DNA of 64,000 nt from an uncultured Planctomycetia bacterium (lineage in GTDB: Bacteria > Omnitrophota > Gorgyraeia > Tantalellales > Tantalellaceae), in the NCBI GenBank assembly GCA_964527765.1, contig CAZGQR010000003.1:6156-70155 (forward strand), read 5' to 3'. The stretch's first letter is position 1; each line of letters starts with the position of its first letter. The notes below the pieces were generated by a model. The model worked only from the letters and a program-made list of their open reading frames with translations. It ran no database searches and was not told the DNA's origin. Position numbers and translations under genes: made by a program. This document shows, piece after piece, positions 20,421 to 28,710 of this stretch.

Positions 20421-21359
20421 CTATTCGTCAAATAGGGCGCTGACGGATTCTTCATTATGTATCCGCCTTATAGCTTCACCCAGCAGGGGAGCCACCGACA
20501 GCTGCGTAACCTTCTTTACCTGCTTATCCTTTTCCACGGGTATCGTATCGGTCACCACCAGTTCTTTTATCTCCGATTTCTGCAGCCGCTCTACCGCGGG
20601 GCCGCACAATACCGGATGCGTAATAGCGGCGTATATGTCCCTGGCTCCTTCTTTTTTCAGCGCCACCACGGCTTCCGACAAGCTCCCCGCGGTAGCCACT
20701 ATATCATCCACGATAATAACATTTTTTCCTTTCACTTCACCCATTATGTGCATGACCTCGGCCTTAACGTCGCTGATGCGCCGTTTATCCACGATGGCCA
20801 GTCCTGCGCCAAACCTTTTCGCGTATGCTCTGGCCATCTTGATGCCGCCTACATCCGGCGAGACTATGACAATATCGCTTATTTTCTTCTTCTGAAAATA
20901 CTCCGCGAATATCCTGACGGCATAGAGATGATCCAGGGGAATATCAAAAAACCCCTGTATCTGACCGGCATGCAGATCTATGGTGATCACCCTGTCGGTC
21001 CCGGCGCGGGTCAGCAGATTTGCGACCAGTTTAGCGGTGATCGGGACGCGCGGCTGATCTTTTCTGTCCTGCCGGGCATAACCAAAATAGGGCAGGACAG
21101 CCGTTATCCTCCGCGGTGAGGACCTTTTCAGGGCGTCTATCATTATTAGAAGTTCCATGAGGTTCTCGTTGGCCGGGTCACATGTAGGCTGCACCACGAA
21201 GACGTCTTTTCCTCTCACATCCTGATTGGTCCTGACATGCGTTTCGCCGTCCCGGAAACGGCCGACTTCCATTTCCCCGAGAGCGATGCCCAAGCTCTGG
21301 CATATGTTTTTTGCCAGTTTTGGATTTGCATTACCCGTAAAAATCGTCAATTTATCCAT
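20421..21359 (-). CDS. prs: ribose-phosphate pyrophosphokinase
   Basis: PRPP-binding site VIIVDDIVATAGS and DLHAGQIQGFF. Confidence 0.9.
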   Translation of the reverse strand: MDKLTIFTGNANPKLAKNICQSLGIALGEMEVGRFRDGETHVRTNQDVRGKDVFVVQPTCDPANENLMELLIMIDALKRSSPRRITAVLPYFGYARQDRKDQPRVPITAKLVANLLTRAGTDRVITIDLHAGQIQGFFDIPLDHLYAVRIFAEYFQKKKISDIVIVSPDVGGIKMARAYAKRFGAGLAIVDKRRISDVKAEVMHIMGEVKGKNVIIVDDIVATAGSLSEAVVALKKEGARDIYAAITHPVLCGPAVERLQKSEIKELVVTDTIPVEKDKQVKKVTQLSVAPLLGEAIRRIHNEESVSALFDE

Positions 21360-21360
21360 G

Positions 21361-22620
21361 TTACCCTCTCTTTTCCGTATTAAGTATTTTTGCTGGAATA
21401 CCGACTACTGTCTCTCCCGCGGGAACATCCTTATTCTTCGTGACTACGCTGCCGGCGCCGACCTTGGCGTTCTTCCCGATTTTAACGGGCGCTATCAGCA
21501 CCGCCCCTACGCCGATGAAGGCTCCATTTTCTATCACCGTGCAATATTTGTTCTTACCGTCATAATTGGCAACGATCGTGCCGGCGCCTATGTTGACGTT
21601 GCTTCCGACCGTCGTGTCGCCAAGATACGTATGATGCTTGATCTTTGTTCCTTCCCCGACTTCCGTCCGGCACAACTCCACGAAATTCCCTATCTCCACG
21701 CCCCGGGACAGCCGGGTGCCCGGACGAAGCCGTGCAAAGGGCCCGATCCTGCAGTTATCGGCTATTTTTACGCTCGACTCGATAACCGTGCCGGGGAAAA
21801 TGACAGTGTCCTTGCCTATCACCGCCGTATCGTCTATGTAGGTGGTGTCCGGGTCGATCACCGTAACGCCGGATCCCATCAGTCTTTCGATAACCTTCAT
21901 GTTCGCTATCTTATTCACGGCGGCCAGGTCCTTCCTGGAATTTATGCCGAGCGCTTCATCAGCGCTGCAGCTTTCGGAAGCGATCTTTTTGCTGTTCTGT
22001 CTGAGGATATCGACGATATCCGTAAGATAAAATTCCTTTTTCTTTTCGTTGATCTTAATGTCCCGTATAAACCTCTTAAGATCGTCTTTGCGGAAACAAT
22101 AGGTCCCGACATTTATCTCCGTTATTTTTCTTTCCTCATCGGACAGGTCCTTATCCTCGATGATTTTCAGGACATCTCCGTTTGAGTCCCTCACGATCCT
22201 TCCATAGGAGGTCGGGTCGGACACCCTGCATGTCAAAAGTGTGCAGGCGGCTTTCTGGCTGATATGCGCCTGAAAGAGTTTCCGGTACGTTTCGCCGGTG
22301 ATCAGCGGCGTGTCCCCGCAGGTTACAAGAACATTTTCTTCATCTTCTTCCAGGTGTTCTGCGGCGCGCGCCAGCGCATCACCGCTTCCAAGAAGCTCCG
22401 GCTGCCTGACAAACCGCATCTCGCCCTTGAAAACACTTTCTACGGCATCCGCCTTATACCCTACGACCGCTATTATATCGGATATCCCGGCCTCCTTTAG
22501 CCTGGAGATGGTCTTCCCCAGGATCGTGCCGGAACCTACCGGGTGCAGCACCTTGGGGATATCTGTTTTCATCCTTGTCCCCAGCCCGGCCGCAAGTATG
22601 ACCGCCGTGATATTATTCAT
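21361..22620 (-). CDS. glmU: bifunctional UDP-GlcNAc pyrophosphorylase / GlcN-1-P N-acetyltransferase
   Basis: LAAGLGTRMK nucleotidyltransferase motif and C-terminal left-handed beta-helix hexapeptide repeats. Confidence 0.9.
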   Translation of the reverse strand: MNNITAVILAAGLGTRMKTDIPKVLHPVGSGTILGKTISRLKEAGISDIIAVVGYKADAVESVFKGEMRFVRQPELLGSGDALARAAEHLEEDEENVLVTCGDTPLITGETYRKLFQAHISQKAACTLLTCRVSDPTSYGRIVRDSNGDVLKIIEDKDLSDEERKITEINVGTYCFRKDDLKRFIRDIKINEKKKEFYLTDIVDILRQNSKKIASESCSADEALGINSRKDLAAVNKIANMKVIERLMGSGVTVIDPDTTYIDDTAVIGKDTVIFPGTVIESSVKIADNCRIGPFARLRPGTRLSRGVEIGNFVELCRTEVGEGTKIKHHTYLGDTTVGSNVNIGAGTIVANYDGKNKYCTVIENGAFIGVGAVLIAPVKIGKNAKVGAGSVVTKNKDVPAGETVVGIPAKILNTEKRG

Positions 22621-22684
22621 ATTTTATAAGACTCGAGCTTCCCGAGCGGCTGACGCGATGAAGGCGCCGAGTCCTGTCAAATCT

Positions 22685-22758
22685 TGGCTGGCGGGCAAGG
22701 ACTCGAACCTTGACAAGCAGCTCCAAAAGCTGCGGTGCTACCATTACACTACCCGCCA
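22685..22758 (-). tRNA. tRNA-Gln (anticodon UUG), CCA encoded
   Basis: Cloverleaf folded by hand: 7-bp acceptor TGGCGGG/CCCGCCA, anticodon stem GCAGC/GCTGC with loop TTTTGGA, T-arm CAAGG-TTCGAGT-CCTTG. Confidence 0.8.
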
Positions 22759-22768
22759 CCCCCTGGAT

Positions 22769-23269
22769 CTACAGTTCTATGTCTTTCGAGTCTTCCATTT
22801 CAGGGATTTTTTCGCTCTGCCTGGATCCGGTTTTTTCTCCACCGAAACTGCCCTCTCTTGCCTTAACCTTGCCGGCTGTCTCCGGTTCACTGGAAGCCCG
22901 CCCGATCTCCTTGTTGTAAACGCCCAGTATCTTTTCCTGTATGTATACCCTGCATTCCTGTGTTATCGGATGGGCAATATCCATATGGTTACCGTACGCT
23001 TCACGCGCGCTTTCATCAGCGGCCTGTCTCTGCTCAAGCTGGGAACCGCACTGATTACAGTATTTGCTTCCCACGACATTTTTAAAATTACATTTAGGGC
23101 AGGAATCCACGGCTTTTCTGGAAGGCATCGCCACAAAAAGTCCGTTATTTCCCTGTATAACTTTAACATTCCGAACGACAAACCAGTCGTCAAACGTCAT
23201 GGTCGCGAACGCCTTAAGTTTGCCATCTTTGCTCTCTGTGGGAAAGATCCTGACTTCCGTAATCTTCAT
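22769..23269 (-). CDS. spoVG: SpoVG-family protein carrying a zinc-ribbon insertion
   Basis: MKITEVRIFP...NGLFVAMPSRK ... DIAHPITQE SpoVG core, with CPKCNFKNVVGSKYCNQCG inserted between the two conserved halves. Start set at the Met with an AAGGAG RBS. Confidence 0.8.
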   Translation of the reverse strand: MKITEVRIFPTESKDGKLKAFATMTFDDWFVVRNVKVIQGNNGLFVAMPSRKAVDSCPKCNFKNVVGSKYCNQCGSQLEQRQAADESAREAYGNHMDIAHPITQECRVYIQEKILGVYNKEIGRASSEPETAGKVKAREGSFGGEKTGSRQSEKIPEMEDSKDIEL

Positions 23270-23295
23270 GTCCTTCTCCTTTCGCCCTATCCCCA

Positions 23296-24156
23296 TCAAT
23301 ACGTTCTGGCAACATGGAACCGCCAGCCCTCTTCTTTCGGAAAAACCGACCTGATCCTCTCGGCCGCGCCGGCTGTCTCTTTGCGCTCAAAGATACCAAA
23401 GACAGTGGGCCCGCTCCCGGACAAAAGAACCCCTTTTGCTCCTGCTTTTTCCAGCTCAAAAAGCACTCTTTCCAGGATCGGAAAATCGCGTAATACTATT
23501 GCCTGTAAATCGTTACAAAGATTTCCCGCCAAGCCGTCAATGTCATTTTCGCCCAGAAAAGCGCTGAACATTCTATCAACTCCTCTATTGTATGTCAAGC
23601 TAAAAGCCGGCACCTTATCATATATATCTTTGGTCGATATCTCAAAAGGGGGCGTTACCAGAACATGCCAGATATCCAGCTTTGTATCCACCTCCCGCAC
23701 AATATCCCCCCGCCCCTTACCAAGAGCAAACCTGTAATTCCCCGTGAAAAAAGGGATATCGGCACCCAGGTCCCTGGATATGCTTAAAAGCGCTTCTTCT
23801 CCGAGGGGAGAACCGGTTATCCGGTTAAGCCCCCTTAAAAGGGCTGATGCGTCGCTGGAACCTCCTCCCAGGCCGGCGGCGACAGGGATATTTTTGTCCA
23901 GAGCTATCCGGAAATGAAGATCCTCCCCCAACCTTTGCTTGAATGCTTCACAGGTACGGCCCAGGAGGCTCTCCTTACCGGTAGGCACGTGGGGTTCGTT
24001 GCAGGATATCGTCGTGCGATCCCGGTCAGTTTCTACGGATATGCTGTCGGAGAGCGAGATCCTTTCGAACAGGGTTTCGATCTCATGATACCCGTCATCC
24101 CTTCGGCGGATGACCTTGAGATAAAGATTTACCTTGGCGGGCGCAGTAAAAACCAT
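23296..24156 (-). CDS. ispE: 4-diphosphocytidyl-2-C-methyl-D-erythritol kinase
   Basis: APAKVNLYLKV and the GHMP kinase motif PVAAGLGGGSSDA. Confidence 0.85.
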   Translation of the reverse strand: MVFTAPAKVNLYLKVIRRRDDGYHEIETLFERISLSDSISVETDRDRTTISCNEPHVPTGKESLLGRTCEAFKQRLGEDLHFRIALDKNIPVAAGLGGGSSDASALLRGLNRITGSPLGEEALLSISRDLGADIPFFTGNYRFALGKGRGDIVREVDTKLDIWHVLVTPPFEISTKDIYDKVPAFSLTYNRGVDRMFSAFLGENDIDGLAGNLCNDLQAIVLRDFPILERVLFELEKAGAKGVLLSGSGPTVFGIFERKETAGAAERIRSVFPKEEGWRFHVARTY

Positions 24157-24181
24157 GATGCTTATACCTGTAGTCTAAAGA

Positions 24182-25138
24182 TCATCTTTGTTTTTTTCTC
24201 GCTATAAGCGCTCTTGCTTCCCTAACGATGTCTTCTTCTGTCAGGCCAAAATATTTATACAGCTCCTCGGGCTCTCCGCTTACTCCGAATTCACCCCTTA
24301 TCCCCATCATCTTCATCGGGACAGGGCATGTTTCCACAAGGACTTCGGCCACGGCGCTCCCCATGCCGCCGTAAACGGTATGTTCTTCCAGCGTAAGCAC
24401 AGCACCCGCCTCTTCGGCCGCTTTTATCACGGCTTCCCTGTCGATCGGCTTGGGGGTATGAAGATCTATGACCCGCGCCTGTATATTCCCGGCCTTGAGA
24501 TGCCGAGCTGCTTCTATCGCCGTGTGGACAAGATGCCCGCACGCGATGATGGCGACATCGTTGCCTTCGGCCATAACCTTTGCTTTGCCTATTTTGAAAA
24601 GCGGCGTATCCGCCACAAAAGGGACCTTTGCCCTTCCCAGTCTTAAATATACCGGTCCGGGTATCTCTGCAGCCTGTTTTGTGGCTAAATACGCCTCCCT
24701 GGCATCCGCCGGCACGACCACTGTCATGTTGGGCATTATCCGCATCAAAGCAATTTCCTCCAGAGCCTGGTGAGTGGCCCCGTCCCCGCCCACGGAAATC
24801 CCCCCGTGCGTTCCCGCTATGTTAACGTTGAGGTTCATATAAGCCACGGATACCCTTATCTGGTCCCAGGCGCGGCCGCTTGCAAAGGCGCCGAAGGTGC
24901 AGGCGAACGGGATCTTCCCGGATAACGCCAGGCCCGCTGCCGTACTTATCATATCCTGCTCGGCGACACCATGACTTATGAACCTGTCCGGATATTTTTC
25001 CTTGAACCAATGGGCCCTGACCGATTCGGTAAGATCCGCCGATAATACGACCACGTCCTTGTTGCTTTCGCCCAGTTCCAGGAGCGCCCTGCCGAAACCG
25101 TCCCTCGTGGATTCTTTCTTAACTTTTTCATCGCTCAT
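24182..25138 (-). CDS. transketolase, C-terminal (pyrimidine-binding plus C-terminal domain) subunit
   Basis: Matches the split-transketolase C-terminal half (GVAEQDMISTAAGLA...IAGTHGGIS...). Confidence 0.85.
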   Translation of the reverse strand: MSDEKVKKESTRDGFGRALLELGESNKDVVVLSADLTESVRAHWFKEKYPDRFISHGVAEQDMISTAAGLALSGKIPFACTFGAFASGRAWDQIRVSVAYMNLNVNIAGTHGGISVGGDGATHQALEEIALMRIMPNMTVVVPADAREAYLATKQAAEIPGPVYLRLGRAKVPFVADTPLFKIGKAKVMAEGNDVAIIACGHLVHTAIEAARHLKAGNIQARVIDLHTPKPIDREAVIKAAEEAGAVLTLEEHTVYGGMGSAVAEVLVETCPVPMKMMGIRGEFGVSGEPEELYKYFGLTEEDIVREARALIARKKQR

Positions 25139-25158
25139 AAGAACAGCTCCTTATGCCT

Positions 25159-26175
25159 TTATTGCGCGTTGCCTTTCATGAAATATCCTCCGGGGGCCTG
25201 CACTATGTCTTCCACTACCAGTCTTTTTTTGTTGAAATCATAAACATCCTGCCCGCTCAGAGTGAGTCTGACATTTTCCAGCTGGTCTTCCAGTATCAAA
25301 AGATCGAAATCATTGAACTTGTATCCGTAAACCACCTCGTTCGCTATACGGACTATTTCCTGGATCTTTTTCAGGCGAAGACCTGGCTCCTCATCGCTTT
25401 TTTGGTCCGCGATCTTGAATCTCAGAATAAAGACCCTTGATCCGTCACTGGTAACGAACGAACTCTCGGCGACTTTGTACTTGAACATTTCCGCTAATTT
25501 CCCGTCACTGCGAAAATCGATCTTTACCCTGTTGGCGATCTGGGCGGCGAGAAATTCTTCCATGGTGACGTCTTTAAGGTAAAAGTGCCCTCTCCAGTAA
25601 CCGATATCGCTTAGCCTTGTGGGCGGGCTCCTGAAAAATTCATCCAGCACTTTCTGTCTCGTCCCTTCCTCCACGCCAAGCTTATCGAAGATCTGCTCTA
25701 CGGAACGCTCCTTCTTCGCCTGGGGGGTAAGATTGATGCTGAAAAGCGTACGCTTAAATGATTCGTTCCTTGAGATGTTACGATACATGCCGTGCTTGAC
25801 ATCTTCGACGTACTTTATTATTACTACCTGCAGTTCCGGCAGCCTGGCATCCTGTGTTATGACACAGTAAAAATCTATATCAGCGTCCGTGCTCAGGACC
25901 ACCCGCGACGCGATCAGAAGAAGATTGCTGATCTTGTCCCAGGCGTCTTCGCTTATCCCCATCCCTATATCCATAAGGCCTTTCATGGGATAATATATAC
26001 CCATTGTTTTCCCGACAACCGTGACATCCACATCCATATTATACTCCGACTTGCAGACCTCTCTGACGGCTTCGGGAAGTTTTTCCTTGGGATATGTCGG
26101 CATGCATGCCGGGGTCATCAAAAGCACCCCGGCTATTAATACAAAAACTGCTGCGATATTACAGACGTTCTTCAT
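25159..26175 (-). CDS. hypothetical exported protein
   Basis: N-terminal hydrophobic signal (IAAVFVLIAGVLLMTPAC); no recognisable domain; inserted between the transketolase halves. Confidence 0.45.
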   Translation of the reverse strand: MKNVCNIAAVFVLIAGVLLMTPACMPTYPKEKLPEAVREVCKSEYNMDVDVTVVGKTMGIYYPMKGLMDIGMGISEDAWDKISNLLLIASRVVLSTDADIDFYCVITQDARLPELQVVIIKYVEDVKHGMYRNISRNESFKRTLFSINLTPQAKKERSVEQIFDKLGVEEGTRQKVLDEFFRSPPTRLSDIGYWRGHFYLKDVTMEEFLAAQIANRVKIDFRSDGKLAEMFKYKVAESSFVTSDGSRVFILRFKIADQKSDEEPGLRLKKIQEIVRIANEVVYGYKFNDFDLLILEDQLENVRLTLSGQDVYDFNKKRLVVEDIVQAPGGYFMKGNAQ

Positions 26176-26176
26176 C

Positions 26177-27832
26177 CTACCCCTTTGCGCCGTGTTCCCA
26201 GCTTCTATCCACTGGCGGAGTTCCGTCGCCGGTGGATTCTTTATAACCGTATTCTTCAAAGATCGCTATTATCTCGTCATATTCCAGCTCTTCGCGCTTC
26301 AGGAGTTCCCTGGCGAACCTGTCCAGGATATCTCTTTTGTCTTTCAGGGTCTCTTCGACCTCAACCAGGCACTTGTTCATGATCTCGTTAGTATCCTTAT
26401 TTAATGCCACGCGGACATCTTCCGACAGCTGGTCTTTCGGGATCACCGTATAATCCCCCACCATCCCGGATTTGCCCATGCCCAACTGCCAGGCCATCTT
26501 GTGAGCTACGGACATGCCTTTCTCGAAGTCGCTGCTCACGCCGCTGCTCGTCGTCCCGTATTTTATCTTTTCGGCCGTATACCCGCCGAGAGACACCATT
26601 ATCTCCGAGATGAGTTGTTCCCTGCTGTATGAATGCAATTCCTCTCTTTCCGGGGACCACACAACACCCAAAGCCCCCCTTCTGGGAATGATGCTTGCCT
26701 TAAAAACGCTTTTCGCGGGCGCCTTTAAAAACGTGATTATCAGGTGTCCGGACTCATGGTATGCCGTCATCTCCTTTTCCTTCGGGGTAACTGTCAGGCG
26801 ATGCTTGATCCCGAGATCGACCCGCTCGAACGCTTCGCTGATCTCTTTTAATCCTATAGCGGTTTTTTTTCTTCTGCTGGCGATCAGGGCCGATTCTTTT
26901 ACTATGTTGGCTATGTCGGCCGGGCTTTTCCCTACGGCGCGTCGTGCAAGCCGCCCGAGATCAACGTCCTTCTCGGCTTTGACCTTCTTGAGATAAAACT
27001 TAAAGAGCTCTTCCCTGTCATCCTGGGACGGAAAACTTATCATGATTTTTCTGTCAAATCGTCCCGGTCTGAGGAGGGCCTGATCGAGATGCTGTTCGGG
27101 GGCGTTTGTAGCGCCGATGACTATCACGTTCTGATCCTTTCCTTTAAGCCCGTCCATCTCGGCAAGCACCTGATTCAGCGTGCTGTTGGTCTCCTGCCCG
27201 CCCATAAAACTGAACGTCCTGGACCTTCCGATAGCGTCTATCTCGTCGATGAATATGATGCACCCGCCGTATCCATAGGCAAGGTCCCGCGCCTTCTTGA
27301 AAAGTTTCCGGACCCGCGAAGCGCCGACCCCGACAAAGACCTCCACGAATTCACTGCCGGACATCGAGATAAAAGGCATGTCCGCCTCGGTCGCTATGGC
27401 TTTCGCCATGTAGGTCTTCCCGCAGCCCGGGGGTCCGAGCATAAGAAGTCCCTTGACGACACTGCCGCCCATCCTTCGCACATTGGCCCTGTCTTTTATA
27501 AGCTGGACGATCTCCCATGCCTCCTGCTTGGCGTCCTGCATCCCTATAACATCGTTCCATGTGATAGAAACGTCCTTTCCCTTGATCGGAGCTTTATCCA
27601 GCTTTGCGAACCCGCCGCGCATGAAAGTCAGGTACATGAATACGAAGATCCCCGCGTGGATGCCGGCCATGATAAACTGCACGGGCATCGTTGCGAGCGT
27701 CATTTTGCGGTAAAAAGATTCCAGCGACATCAATCCTACCACCGAAAGAATGACCAGAATAACGACCACCGCGACAAGTATTATGATCACCTTGTACTGC
27801 CGGAAATACATGATCAATTTTCTGTTAAGCAT
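26177..27832 (-). CDS. FtsH-family AAA+ zinc metalloprotease with a very short periplasmic loop
   Basis: Two TM helices, Walker A GPPGCGKT, Walker B IIFIDEID, SRH region, and zinc-binding HESGH. Confidence 0.8.
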   Translation of the reverse strand: MLNRKLIMYFRQYKVIIILVAVVVILVILSVVGLMSLESFYRKMTLATMPVQFIMAGIHAGIFVFMYLTFMRGGFAKLDKAPIKGKDVSITWNDVIGMQDAKQEAWEIVQLIKDRANVRRMGGSVVKGLLMLGPPGCGKTYMAKAIATEADMPFISMSGSEFVEVFVGVGASRVRKLFKKARDLAYGYGGCIIFIDEIDAIGRSRTFSFMGGQETNSTLNQVLAEMDGLKGKDQNVIVIGATNAPEQHLDQALLRPGRFDRKIMISFPSQDDREELFKFYLKKVKAEKDVDLGRLARRAVGKSPADIANIVKESALIASRRKKTAIGLKEISEAFERVDLGIKHRLTVTPKEKEMTAYHESGHLIITFLKAPAKSVFKASIIPRRGALGVVWSPEREELHSYSREQLISEIMVSLGGYTAEKIKYGTTSSGVSSDFEKGMSVAHKMAWQLGMGKSGMVGDYTVIPKDQLSEDVRVALNKDTNEIMNKCLVEVEETLKDKRDILDRFARELLKREELEYDEIIAIFEEYGYKESTGDGTPPVDRSWEHGAKG

Positions 27833-27867
27833 AATATCTTCTCCTCTAAAACTCGTTATTTCCCGCT

Positions 27868-28710
27868 TTATTGTTCCAGGGCGGTTTCCTGTTCATCCAG
27901 TTCCGCCAAAGCTTTTTCCAGCTCCTCTTTCTTCGGGGCGATACCGTGCCATTCGACCTTATTCTCCACAAACGATATCCCTTTTCCCTTTACGGTATGA
28001 GCGATAACCATCTGCGGTTTGCCTTTTACCGCCTGGGCCTCCTCAAAAGCCTTGTCCAGCTGTTTAAAGTCATGCCCGTCCGTTTCGATCGCGTGCCATC
28101 CGAACTCTTCCCATTTTTTCCTGCATTCGCCCATGTCCTTGACCTCGCAGCACAGGCCGTCTATCTGCAGCTTGTTATAATCAATGATACCGCACAGGTT
28201 GTCAAGACCATAGTGCGCCGCCGTCATGGCCGCCTCCCAGATCTGCCCCTCATTGGTTTCGCCGTCCCCCATGAGACAATATACCCTCGCTTTTATGCCG
28301 TCTATCCTGTCGGCCAACGCGATCCCGGCCGCTACGGACAACCCCTGACCGAGAGAACCGCTGGATATTTCCAGCCCCGGCAAGCCCAACTGCGGATGCC
28401 CCTGAAGACGGCTCCCCAGTTTCCGGAGGGTCCAGAGTTCCTCTCTCGGGAAAAATCCGAGATTCGCCAGAACAGCGTATAAAGCAGGGCATCCGTGTCC
28501 CTTGGAAAGCACGAACTTATCCCGCTCTTTCCAGTCATGCCTTTTGGGGTCTATTTTCATCCTCCCGTAGTACAGAGATACGAGTATCTCGACTATTGAC
28601 AACGACCCTCCCGTATGTCCGCTCCCGGCTTTCTCCAGCATGGTCAATATGTCACGCCTGATCGCTATGGCCTTCTTTTTCAATTTTTTAATATCGTCTG
28701 CTTCTTTCAT
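27868..28710 (-). CDS. transketolase, N-terminal (TPP-binding) subunit
   Basis: GHTGGSLS, GHGCPALYA and GDGETNEG motifs. Confidence 0.85.
   Translation of the reverse strand: MKEADDIKKLKKKAIAIRRDILTMLEKAGSGHTGGSLSIVEILVSLYYGRMKIDPKRHDWKERDKFVLSKGHGCPALYAVLANLGFFPREELWTLRKLGSRLQGHPQLGLPGLEISSGSLGQGLSVAAGIALADRIDGIKARVYCLMGDGETNEGQIWEAAMTAAHYGLDNLCGIIDYNKLQIDGLCCEVKDMGECRKKWEEFGWHAIETDGHDFKQLDKAFEEAQAVKGKPQMVIAHTVKGKGISFVENKVEWHGIAPKKEELEKALAELDEQETALEQ

Noticed and set aside
24291-24542. 83-aa Arg/Gly-rich minus-strand ORF
   Set aside because: Alternative frame inside the transketolase C-terminal subunit gene; compositional artefact.
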